64,000 bases of DNA. Origin: Planctomycetota bacterium. Its GTDB lineage: Bacteria > Planctomycetota > Planctomycetia > Pirellulales > Thermoguttaceae. The position numbers and the translations under genes were made by a program. The DNA lies in assembly GCA_030612765.1 (NCBI GenBank), contig JAUWNG010000001.1, forward strand, positions 11,165 to 75,164, read 5' to 3'. The notes under the pieces are model-generated. The model was given only the letters and a program-made list of their open reading frames with translations, did not search any database and was not told the DNA's origin. Below are positions 12,270 through 19,932 of this stretch, piece by piece (position 1 is the first letter of the stretch; each line of letters begins with the position of its first letter).

Positions 12270-13394
12270 TCACAGCGAATGCAGCGTGGACAACTCCGGC
12301 TCGTTCATCTCCACGGCCGCAATTCCGGTTTGGAGCAACTGTTCCGCTTGCTCCAACAATTCGACGTAAGGAGCGTCGCCGGAGCGTTTGTCCTTTGCAC
12401 TGCTGGACAAGCCGGCAGTGGCGCCCGCCAAGGCGAAGTTCACCGTGCGATCGACGACGTACTGCGGTCTGCCGCGGACCTGATCGTAGATGCGGATGAC
12501 GTATTCTCCGAGGATGCTTATACCCAGGGCATTCAAGGCGCCGAAGAAGCTGCCCATGAGCATGTACGACGTCCAGCCGGGAATGGCCAGGTCGGTAAAC
12601 AGTTTGCAGAACAGAGCCCAGCCGCCGAGGGTCAGAAATACAATCGCGGCCGTCGTTCCGATGCAGTGAAAGATAGTCAGCGGGAACGAGGAGAAGGAGA
12701 AAATCGCGGTTTTCGCCAGTCGGAACAGGCCCCGCAGCGACACCCGGGGATGATTGTCGTAGCGATGGCCTCGCTGGACGACGATTCCTTTTTGGCGGAA
12801 CCCGACCCACGATCGCAAGCCGGGGAAATATCGGTCGCTTTCGCCCATCGCCAAGATGCGTTGCACCACCCGCCGGTCGATCAACCCGAAGATACCCGCC
12901 TCCGCCGGGATCGAGACGCTTGCCACGGCCGACATCAGCCGATGAAAAGCTGCGAAGAGGAATCGTTTCGGCAGCCGTTCCTTGCGTTGTGCCCGGATGG
13001 CGTAGACCACGTCGTATCCTTCGTGCCACGCAGCCATGAATCGCGGGATGGCCGCCGGATCGTCTTGCATATCGGAGTCCATCAGCACCACGACGTCTCC
13101 TCGTGCGTGGGCCAACCCCGCCTGCACGGCCGCCTGATGCCCGAAGTTCCGCGACAGGTGGACCACCCGAATCTTGTCGCTCGATGCGGCCAGTTGATCG
13201 AGTATCCGCGGGCTTTCGTCGCCGGAACCGTCGTTGACGAAAACGATTTCATAGGGCATGGGGCACGGATTCAGCACTTCGGCGATCCGAGCCGTGAGGA
13301 TCGGAATCGCCCGGGCCTCGTTGTAAACCGGAAGCACGACGCTCAACAGCGTCTCCTCGCAGGGAGGGCGAATCGATTCGGTTTGGTTGTTCAT
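12270..13394 (-). CDS. Family 2 glycosyltransferase, GtrB/CsbB/DPM1-like polyprenyl-phosphate glycosyltransferase
   Basis: LSVVLPVYNEA, FVNDGSGD, LMDSDMQDDP, two C-terminal TM helices. ATG at 13394, 11 nt downstream of the upstream gene's stop. The C-terminal about 50 aa begin with half-element A4. Confidence 0.85.
   Translation of the reverse strand: MNNQTESIRPPCEETLLSVVLPVYNEARAIPILTARIAEVLNPCPMPYEIVFVNDGSGDESPRILDQLAASSDKIRVVHLSRNFGHQAAVQAGLAHARGDVVVLMDSDMQDDPAAIPRFMAAWHEGYDVVYAIRAQRKERLPKRFLFAAFHRLMSAVASVSIPAEAGIFGLIDRRVVQRILAMGESDRYFPGLRSWVGFRQKGIVVQRGHRYDNHPRVSLRGLFRLAKTAIFSFSSFPLTIFHCIGTTAAIVFLTLGGWALFCKLFTDLAIPGWTSYMLMGSFFGALNALGISILGEYVIRIYDQVRGRPQYVVDRTVNFALAGATAGLSSSAKDKRSGDAPYVELLEQAEQLLQTGIAAVEMNEPELSTLHSL
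12397..12425. repeat. Family A copy A4 (single hairpin, in-frame near the 3' end of the GT2 gene)
   Basis: GCACTGCTGGACAAGCCGGCAGTGGCGCC. Read on the minus strand as GATAGLSSSA. Confidence 0.9.
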
Positions 13395-13405
13395 GGGAGA
13401 CAATC

Positions 13406-15739
13406 CTACGGCAGTCTCGACTCCGGTCGGACCATAAAGCCGAGAAAACAAAGGGACAACAAGCACAATCCAAGGCACGAAACCATCCATCCGCGTCGCA
13501 GACTTTCCGGGCGGAATTCGAGGACGATCCGGTGTTTTCCCGCGGTCGTCAGGCAACCGATGAAATCGCCGTTCACGCGGTAAACCTCGCACGGCCGGCC
13601 GTCGATCGTGGCCCGCCAGCCGGAGTGATGGCTCTCGGCCACCACCAGCAACTGCGGTGCGGGACACTCCACTTCGATCTCCAGCCGCCCCGGGCGCTCC
13701 GCCGTCAAGACGGCCTTGCCCGGTTTCGACGCCGGCAGACCGAGCGGCACTTCGACCAGCGCCGTGGTGTCGGGGCAAATTGTCGAGATGTCGGCGCCCG
13801 GATCGTTGCTGGTCCGCGTTTGAGAGAGCAACCGCACGCGAGGCAGCGGGTCGGGCACTTCCAGCCAGCGATCATCATAAGGTTTCAGCCCGACGACGGC
13901 GGAAGTGGACTGATTCTTTTGGATCCAGCGGACTCCGGCCACTCGCAACGCGGGCAAGAGTCGATAATCGAGCCGCCTGTGCGGCGTCAGTCCGGCGTAT
14001 CCGTCGGCCCGCGGCCAGCCGCGGAGCGTCATCAAGTTGCCCGTGTGAAGCCCAGGCTCGTCGAACCGCAACAGGTCTCCGACGACGCGCCCGTCCGGGG
14101 CGCCGGGCGGAGTGCGCGCCGATGCCACGTACCGTTCGAGCACGTCGTTGTGGGAATATACCAAGTAGCTCAGACCGTAGCAGCCCAGATCGGCGGCGGC
14201 AAACAAGATCAATCCGACCAGTGCCGCGGAGTGGCCCCTCGCGGCCAAGACGACTAACCTGGCCGCAATGGCAATCAAAACCGGTCCCGCCAGAATCGCG
14301 GGCACGGCGCCGACCTGCGGCTGATGCCGAAGCCACAGACCAACCGCGGCCACGACGGCCGAAAATCCGACGATGCACCACAACGGCTCGAAGTCTTTCC
14401 ACATATCCCGCCAGGGACGATGCCTCTGGATCAGTGCGGGCGGCACGCCCTTCGCTACGGCGGGTGGCATGTTGTCGTCGCGGTTTTTTCGGGCGAGCTT
14501 GCACTCGTGGGTCAAAAGAACGAATCCGATCGCCGCCAGAACGGCCGAGGCCAACTGGAAAAGCACCAGGTAGCGGCAGGGGAAGCGAAATATTCCGACC
14601 AGCGGCAGCCAGGTCAATACGCTGTATAGCGGTCCGAAACGTCCGAACGCCAACAGCAACGCCGCGACGGCAAAGCCGAACGTGGCCCACGCCAGCCGCG
14701 AGAGCGATCCCAGTTCCCTGCGACGGGCAATCAGCCAGACCACCAACACCAACGGCGCCGCGCCGATGTATAGGCCGTACTCGTGCGTGTTGCCGCCGAC
14801 CACGCGGTTGGCGAACAAATACGGGGCTACCAGTTGCAGCAGGTTCATCGGGTGCAGCGATCCCCACGAGGCGAAACATTCGCCGGCCGAAAACCGCGAA
14901 CTGTGCAGCCAGGCGTCCAAGGTGGGTAGCAATTGGACTCCGCCCAGCAGCAGGCCGATCATCTTGGCGATGACCAACCGCGGCCAGGTTTGAGTCGCAC
15001 AGCCGACGCAGTCGTTGCAGGTGAAATGCGCGTCGCATCCGGTCCGCGCGGCGTACCTGTATGCGGTTAAGAGGAATACGGCGTAGGCAACTTCGGTGAG
15101 CAAAGAGAGCCAGACGAACTGGGGATAGCCCAACAACAGTTGCGATCCGGTCAACAGCGCGATCAGCGCGGCGGCCAAGGCGACCTTACGGCGCCGCGCG
15201 TCGAGCAACACCACGTCCATGGCCCACAACAACCAGGGGATATGAGCGATCACCGCCACCGCGTTCGGATGCACGAAGTGGAGCAGATTGAAGCTGGAGA
15301 AGGTAAACAACAGCGCACCCAAAGCGGCGGCGCCGCCGCGGCCGATCCGCCGCCGCAGCAACAGCCACGTACCGAGCATCATCAGCGGATAGGAGAGCAA
15401 ATACTCCCATCCCAACGCGGCGCGGAGCGGAAGTATCCGGTACAGGAGTTGGTGCAGCGGATGGTAGACGCCCGCCTGTCCCTCGCCGGTCAGATAGAAT
15501 CCGGAGTAAAGGGCGGGCATCCAGTCGTGTGCTTCGCCGCGGGCGATCTGTTCCGCGTAGAAGGCGCGGACGGGTAGATGAAACGCGCCCAGGTCGTCGG
15601 CCGTGTAGACGCGGCCGGCGAAAAACGGCCCCGCCAACGCCGCAAACAGCAACAGACCGGCCAGCAACGCCCAAGCGGTCAGGTTTCGGCCGAAACGGTC
15701 CTCCGGCGAGATGGTATTCTTCAATGCGTTCTTCGACAT
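13406..15739 (-). CDS. Large polytopic membrane protein, YfhO-like (GT-C fold glycosyl transfer)
   Basis: 777 aa, more than 12 TM helices followed by a soluble C-terminal domain. The N-terminal pattern FFAGRVYTADDLGAFHLPVRAFY...YSGFYLTGEGQAGVYHP resembles YfhO. Operonic with the GT2 gene. Confidence 0.6.
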   Translation of the reverse strand: MSKNALKNTISPEDRFGRNLTAWALLAGLLLFAALAGPFFAGRVYTADDLGAFHLPVRAFYAEQIARGEAHDWMPALYSGFYLTGEGQAGVYHPLHQLLYRILPLRAALGWEYLLSYPLMMLGTWLLLRRRIGRGGAAALGALLFTFSSFNLLHFVHPNAVAVIAHIPWLLWAMDVVLLDARRRKVALAAALIALLTGSQLLLGYPQFVWLSLLTEVAYAVFLLTAYRYAARTGCDAHFTCNDCVGCATQTWPRLVIAKMIGLLLGGVQLLPTLDAWLHSSRFSAGECFASWGSLHPMNLLQLVAPYLFANRVVGGNTHEYGLYIGAAPLVLVVWLIARRRELGSLSRLAWATFGFAVAALLLAFGRFGPLYSVLTWLPLVGIFRFPCRYLVLFQLASAVLAAIGFVLLTHECKLARKNRDDNMPPAVAKGVPPALIQRHRPWRDMWKDFEPLWCIVGFSAVVAAVGLWLRHQPQVGAVPAILAGPVLIAIAARLVVLAARGHSAALVGLILFAAADLGCYGLSYLVYSHNDVLERYVASARTPPGAPDGRVVGDLLRFDEPGLHTGNLMTLRGWPRADGYAGLTPHRRLDYRLLPALRVAGVRWIQKNQSTSAVVGLKPYDDRWLEVPDPLPRVRLLSQTRTSNDPGADISTICPDTTALVEVPLGLPASKPGKAVLTAERPGRLEIEVECPAPQLLVVAESHHSGWRATIDGRPCEVYRVNGDFIGCLTTAGKHRIVLEFRPESLRRGWMVSCLGLCLLSLCFLGFMVRPESRLP

Positions 15740-15770
15740 GCGCGAACCGATGCCTCTCGGAGGCGTCTAA

Positions 15771-15899
15771 CAGCCCGTTGAAAAAGTCGGATTTCGGGAG
15801 TTTGGGTGCCACTGCTGGCTTGTCCAGCAGTGTTTTTCCGGGTGTTATCTCCCCGCACTGCTGGACAAGCCAGCAGTAGCACCCTTTTTCAACGGACTG
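15771..15899. repeat. Family A copy A5 (full, intergenic, 32 nt upstream of the YfhO-like start)
   Basis: CAGCCCGTTGAAAAAG...GGTGCCACTGCTGGCTTGTCCAGCAGTG...CACTGCTGGACAAGCCAGCAGTAGCACCCTTTTTCAACGGACTG. Confidence 0.95.
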
Positions 15900-16013
15900 C
15901 TAAACATACCCAGTAATAGGATAGGTTACGGGTATGCGTAGCGGTCTCGCGGATCGCCGGAATTCAGAACATTATTGATGCAATAGCCAGTGGTACTGTA
16001 ATCCCGATCGGGC

Positions 16014-16042
16014 GCAAAAAAAACCACCCGTTGCGGCGGGTG
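16014..16042 (-). terminator. Rho-independent terminator downstream of the small zinc-ribbon gene
   Basis: On the minus strand, CCACCCG-CCGCAA-CGGGTGG is followed by T9. Confidence 0.65.
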
Positions 16043-16080
16043 GAATCGCAGGAGAAAAAACGATTTTTCGGGACTGTCTG

Positions 16081-16263
16081 CTAGTGGCTGTGGATGAACT
16101 GTAAATTGACCATCAGAAACATCAACACGCCGAATATCCAAAAAGGCACTTTTAGCTCCTCCGGCAATTCAAACAGACAGCAGCACTTGGGGCAGAAGTT
16201 CGGCCCGTCTCGATTCTTGGCCTGAACGACCAAGGCTTGGCAGTAAGGGCAATTGGTACGCAT
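16081..16263 (-). CDS. Small zinc-ribbon membrane protein (60 aa)
   Basis: CPYC...CPKC zinc ribbon plus a C-terminal TM helix (FWIFGVLMFLMV). GGTGAG SD-like sequence upstream and an intrinsic terminator 40 nt downstream. Confidence 0.45.
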   Translation of the reverse strand: MRTNCPYCQALVVQAKNRDGPNFCPKCCCLFELPEELKVPFWIFGVLMFLMVNLQFIHSH

Positions 16264-16392
16264 AATCTCACCTGGCCGTCTCTAGTGGAAACCCCTTTCC
16301 TTTCTATTAGAAGCCTACTACAAAAATGTCAAACTCGTCGGGTAATATACAGCGAAATTGAACTTGTCTTGGAACGTGTTTGGAAATCATTC

Positions 16393-16474
16393 ATTTAGCC
16401 CGCCGTGAATACACGGCGGGGCGGGTTGACCGCGAAAAACCGCTTGCCCCGGGTGTATTCACCCGGGGCTAAAT
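16393..16474. repeat. Family E element E1 (flp leader region)
   Basis: ATTTAGCCCGCCGTGAATACACGGCGGGG...GCCCCGGGTGTATTCACCCGGGGCTAAAT. Confidence 0.95.
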
Positions 16475-16492
16475 AGTTTCTGTTGCGGAAAA

Positions 16493-16535
16493 GGTGGGTG
16501 TCATGGGTATAGCTCCGCTTACCCATGACACCCCC
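16493..16535. repeat. Palindrome in the flp leader region
   Basis: GGGTGTCATGGGTA-TAGCTCCGCT-TACCCATGACACCC. Confidence 0.85.
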
Positions 16536-16744
16536 CTTATAATTGCGACAATCGAAACGGTCCCCCATAATCGGCGTCGATTCGCCAAACCGGCTGATTT
16601 GACAAGCCGGGAATCCGACATAGGTTTGATTGTAGAGGGGCGGCCGAGGGGCGGCCCCGGCGCGGAAGGTTCTCTGCCGGATGCACGTTTGATGAGCTTG
16701 TCTGACCGGCGGGCCGTTCGCGTTATAAAGAGGCCTGTAGCCTC

Positions 16745-16845
16745 TCATCCTCGATAAAGGCAAACCGGCCGCAAGGCCGTGTGCGCAAAGCAAAGGGCCG
16801 GAGGAGTAATATCCGTCGGAAGCCTGGCTGCCGAAAGGGTGATGA
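16745..16845 (+). promoter_or_regulatory. Candidate c-di-GMP-I (GEMM-I) riboswitch aptamer in the flp leader
   Basis: AAGGCAAACC-GGCC-GCAA-GGCC-GUGUGCGCAAAGC...CCGGAGGA-GUAAUA-UCCGUCGG...GGCUGCCGA, closed by UCAUC(16745-49)/GAUGA(16841-45). This matches the remembered GEMM-I signatures GGCAAACC, GNRA-capped P1b, CGCAAAGC and GYURCCGA. It lies 187 nt upstream of the flp ATG. Confidence 0.45.
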
Positions 16846-17031
16846 ACTATCGCTTCGGTAAGTAGACGAGGGAGAGGTCGGTTTTTTACCAATATGGGAT
16901 CCCGAAGACAGATCGCAGGCCGGCGTCGGTTTTCGTAACGGAACCGATGTTTTGTTCCAAGGATCCCAAGGAAGTTTGTTGTTCCGGTTCGAGACCTTAA
17001 CGCGGAATCGAACTGGAATGGAGGAATACCG

Positions 17032-17202
17032 ATGAAGTCGCTTGCTAAGAAGATGCAACGTTTCCTCGTTTCCGAGGATGGACCTACCGCCGTGGAGTAC
17101 GCGGTCATGTTGGCCTTGATCGTCATCGTTTGCTTGACGGCGATCAGTTCGGTCGGCACCGCGACCAGCACCACGTTCAGCAACATCGCCGGGTCGCTGT
17201 AA
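17032..17202 (+). CDS. flp: Flp/Fap-family pilin (56 aa; below the ORF-track cutoff)
   Basis: MKSLAKKMQRFLVSEDG/PTAVEYAVMLALIVIVCLTAISSVG... has the G/XXXXEY prepilin motif and a hydrophobic core. GGAGGA SD at 17019-17025, stop at 17200-17202. Confidence 0.85.
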   Translation: MKSLAKKMQRFLVSEDGPTAVEYAVMLALIVIVCLTAISSVGTATSTTFSNIAGSL

Positions 17203-17231
17203 CGATGCCGCCGGACATGGGACATCCGGGG

Positions 17232-17253
17232 AAAAGGGGACGGTCCCCTTTTT
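17232..17253 (+). terminator. Intrinsic terminator-like hairpin after flp
   Basis: AAAAGGGG-ACGGT-CCCCTTTTT. Likely attenuates read-through into cpaA, the usual pilin/machinery stoichiometry arrangement. Confidence 0.6.
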
Positions 17254-17360
17254 CCTGAAATCCGCTAGAGACGGAAAAACCCCTCGGCGCCAAAGGAACT
17301 GGCCCCGAGGGGTCGTTTTTTGACCTATACATTGAGTAGGAGGAGAATGCTTGCCGCCTT

Positions 17361-17427
17361 GTTTAGCCCCGGCGTCCACGCCGGGATACCCGCGGCGATT
17401 CTCCCGGCGTGGACGCCGGGGCTAAAC
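17361..17427. repeat. Family E/D-like element E4 (flp-cpaA gap)
   Basis: GTTTAGCCCCGGCGTCCACGCCGGG...CCCGGCGTGGACGCCGGGGCTAAAC. Confidence 0.9.
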
Positions 17428-17664
17428 GTGTGTTATCTCCCTGAATTGCGAAAGTTCATTGATATACGATTCTTACAATCACGAGAAACGCAACCATGTA
17501 CCCTGTCATTCCCATGGAAATGGTGCAAAGCGCGGTGCAGTTGGTGGTCAATTTCATCACGCTGTTCGGCATCGCCCTCGGCGTCTTGCTGGGTGCGCGC
17601 GCTTAACGTGATTGCAGTTTGCAACCGCCAATACAATACCACCGTCCGATGTAGGAAAGCCGTC

Positions 17665-18231
17665 ATGCCGCAGTTCCACCAGTTACCCGAGTTCCTTGCC
17701 CACAACTGGCCGTTCTGGTTGCTTAGCGTGGTCCTCGTCCTGGCCGCGGTGATCGACGGCTGGAAATTAAAAGTGCCCAACTGGATCACTTTCCCGCTGG
17801 TGATCTGCGGCTGGCTCTATAGCGCCGCCTTTTTCGGCTGGGAAGGACTCGCCTGGAGCCTGTTGGGAACGGTCGTGGGTCTGGCGCTGTTGTTGCCCGC
17901 CTACGCCATCGGTGGAATGGGCGCCGGCGACGTTAAGTTGCTGGCCGGCGTTGGAGCTTGGGTGGGCAGTGCGAGTACACTCTATGCGTTTTGCGTCTCG
18001 GCCATCGTCGGCGGCGTTATCGCCGTCGGAATGGTTCTCTGGCAACGCGATTGGCATCATCACTTCAAACAATTTTGGAACATCGCCAATGAAATAATGG
18101 AAATCCGCGATCCAAACGCCCTATCGGCGATTGCCGCGGAGCGGAAGAGTGCGATGTTGTTGTTGCCTTACGGTATTCCGATTGCAATCGGCTCGATTGC
18201 CTATTTTTACTGGGCGGGGATGCTGCTATGA
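17665..18231 (+). CDS. cpaA: Prepilin peptidase CpaA/TadV (A24 family)
   Basis: AAVIDGWKLKVPN and GGMGAGDVKLLAGVGAWVG (the two catalytic Asp motifs), multi-TM. ATG at 17665. Confidence 0.85.
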   Translation: MPQFHQLPEFLAHNWPFWLLSVVLVLAAVIDGWKLKVPNWITFPLVICGWLYSAAFFGWEGLAWSLLGTVVGLALLLPAYAIGGMGAGDVKLLAGVGAWVGSASTLYAFCVSAIVGGVIAVGMVLWQRDWHHHFKQFWNIANEIMEIRDPNALSAIAAERKSAMLLLPYGIPIAIGSIAYFYWAGMLL

Positions 18232-18785
18232 AATTGCCGACACTACCCATTTTGCGTAGTCATAAAGTCGCGACCGTTGGTCGCGACCATTGCGAAGCCG
18301 CAAGCGGTGATTTAACCCGTTGCGAAGCCACGAGCGGCGCCCATCTCGAATATAACCTAGAGAGGTCTTGCCGATGGTGTCGAATAAATCGACAAGGGGC
18401 CGCTGCCGTCGAGTTTGCGCTGGTTGCGCCTTTGTTCTTCCTGTTGGTGTTCGGGATGATCGAGTTTGGACGCATGATAATGGTCCAACAGGTCATAACC
18501 AATGCATCTCGGGAAGGGGCGAGGATGGCCGTGTTGGACTCGCAAACCCCGACGGCGAGCGATGTGACGAGCGCCGTTTCGACTTACTTGCAAAATGCGG
18601 GGATTTCGGGAGAAACCGTGACCATCGACCCGGCTGAGCCGACCACGGCCGCCTACGGGGAACCTGTCACCGTGACGGTTCAAGTGCCGTTCAGCAGCGT
18701 GAGTTGGCTTCCGGCGCCGATGTTCATTAACGCAGACACAAACCTGACGGCCAGCGCCGTGATGCGTCGGGAGACAGTCCAATAA
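18228..18785 (+). CDS. tadE: TadE-like pseudopilin with an unusually long leader
   Basis: RQG/AAAVEFALVAPLFFLLVFGMIEFGRMIMV (TadE motif). The ATG overlaps the cpaA stop (ATGA). About 60 aa precede the processing site. No in-frame alternative start lies closer than TTG 18252. Confidence 0.75.
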   Translation: MKLPTLPILRSHKVATVGRDHCEAASGDLTRCEATSGAHLEYNLERSCRWCRINRQGAAAVEFALVAPLFFLLVFGMIEFGRMIMVQQVITNASREGARMAVLDSQTPTASDVTSAVSTYLQNAGISGETVTIDPAEPTTAAYGEPVTVTVQVPFSSVSWLPAPMFINADTNLTASAVMRRETVQ

Positions 18786-18789
18786 GACC

Positions 18790-19875
18790 ATGCGCCCAAA
18801 ATCTCTTGCCCTACTGATGTTGGCTTTAGGCTGTGGATTGGTGGCTTCGATCGGCATTACCCAGGTGATGGCCAGGCGGGACAAAGGGCCGGCCGGGCCG
18901 CCGGGCCAGACGCAGCCGGTCTTTGTCGCCATGACCGACGTCGGCTTGGGCGACATTCTGACTTCCCAAAACCTGAAGATCGAGCAATGGCCGAAGGATA
19001 AGGTTCCCGCCGGGACCGTTTCGCGGCTCGAAGACATCGAGGGCCGACGCACGCGAACAAAACTCTACGCCGGCGAGCCGATCCTGGACAAGAAGCTGCT
19101 GGGTAAAGGGGCCAGCGAACAAGGGGCCACCGCGCTGATTCCCAGGGGATACCGCGTCGTCACGGTAAAGGTCGATTTGGTCAGCGGCGGCAGCAGCATG
19201 ATACTGCCGGGCGACCGCGTCGACGTGATGGTCCACCTCTTCAAGGACCGTAGCCGCGACATTCAGGAAACCGTGACCAAAACCATACTTCAAGACATCA
19301 AAATCTTTGCCGTCAACGACGTGTTGGGACTGGACGGCGACTCGGAGACCGGCCAATCGATCGCCGCCAAAACCATATCCCTGCTGGTCACGCCGGTGCA
19401 GGCGGCCAAGGTGACGCTGGCGTGCCAACTCGGAAAGGTCCAGCTCGTAATGCGCAGCCCCGAGGACGACGAGCAGGTTCCCAATGTCCAGGCCACGCCG
19501 AGCGAGTTGTTCGGCACGGCGGAAAAGTCGCAACGCGATAGTGAAAGTCTGATGGAAGATAACGACACGGACAAACGGAAAAAGGGTTTTTTGGATTTCC
19601 TCGATTCGATGAAGGACAAGTTGGCCGCCGGCGCTCGATCGACCTGGACCATGCGGGTGCTCAGGGCGGAGAAGGTGGAAGTGGTCCACCTCGAGGAGGA
19701 GCCTTCTGGGACGTGGAAAGTAATAGGGACGTCGGGCAATCCCGCTCCGCGGCAGCCGGCGATGCAACCGTCCTGGGTCGTCGAAAGGCCGGGCCAGCAG
19801 CCGCCCGACACTGGCGAAACGCTAGTGCCACCCTCCGAACCGCAAGGACCAAAACTCGTTCCCGAAAGCAAATGA
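18790..19875 (+). CDS. cpaB: Flp pilus assembly protein CpaB/RcpC
   Basis: N-terminal TM, then a SAF-like domain (VFVAMTDVGLGDILTSQNLKIEQWPKDKVPAGTV...YAGEPIL). Confidence 0.85.
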   Translation: MRPKSLALLMLALGCGLVASIGITQVMARRDKGPAGPPGQTQPVFVAMTDVGLGDILTSQNLKIEQWPKDKVPAGTVSRLEDIEGRRTRTKLYAGEPILDKKLLGKGASEQGATALIPRGYRVVTVKVDLVSGGSSMILPGDRVDVMVHLFKDRSRDIQETVTKTILQDIKIFAVNDVLGLDGDSETGQSIAAKTISLLVTPVQAAKVTLACQLGKVQLVMRSPEDDEQVPNVQATPSELFGTAEKSQRDSESLMEDNDTDKRKKGFLDFLDSMKDKLAAGARSTWTMRVLRAEKVEVVHLEEEPSGTWKVIGTSGNPAPRQPAMQPSWVVERPGQQPPDTGETLVPPSEPQGPKLVPESK

Positions 19876-19932
19876 GGCGTTGCGACGCGGAGCGTCGCAA
19901 CGAGAGATTTTTAATTGCAAGGAAACACAAGG

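Noticed and set aside
16480-16900. RNase P RNA, tmRNA, SRP or 6S RNA in the ORF-free flp upstream region
   Set aside because: The universally conserved blocks that I remember for these RNAs were not found on either strand. Examples are the RNase P GGAGGAAAGUCC/ACAGAAA blocks, the tmRNA tRNA-like 3' end and the SRP GGAA/AGCA domain IV. Only the GEMM-I-like pattern was retained.
16980-17010. tRNA-like T-arm sequence GGTTCGAGACC
   Set aside because: There is no complementary T-stem, acceptor stem or anticodon arm nearby. No tRNA could be folded by eye anywhere in the window.
16395-17379. 276-aa and 218-aa minus-strand ORFs across the flp leader and flp gene
   Set aside because: They run antisense through the Flp pilin gene, the repeat elements and the putative riboswitch. 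Their composition and lack of motifs argue against coding.
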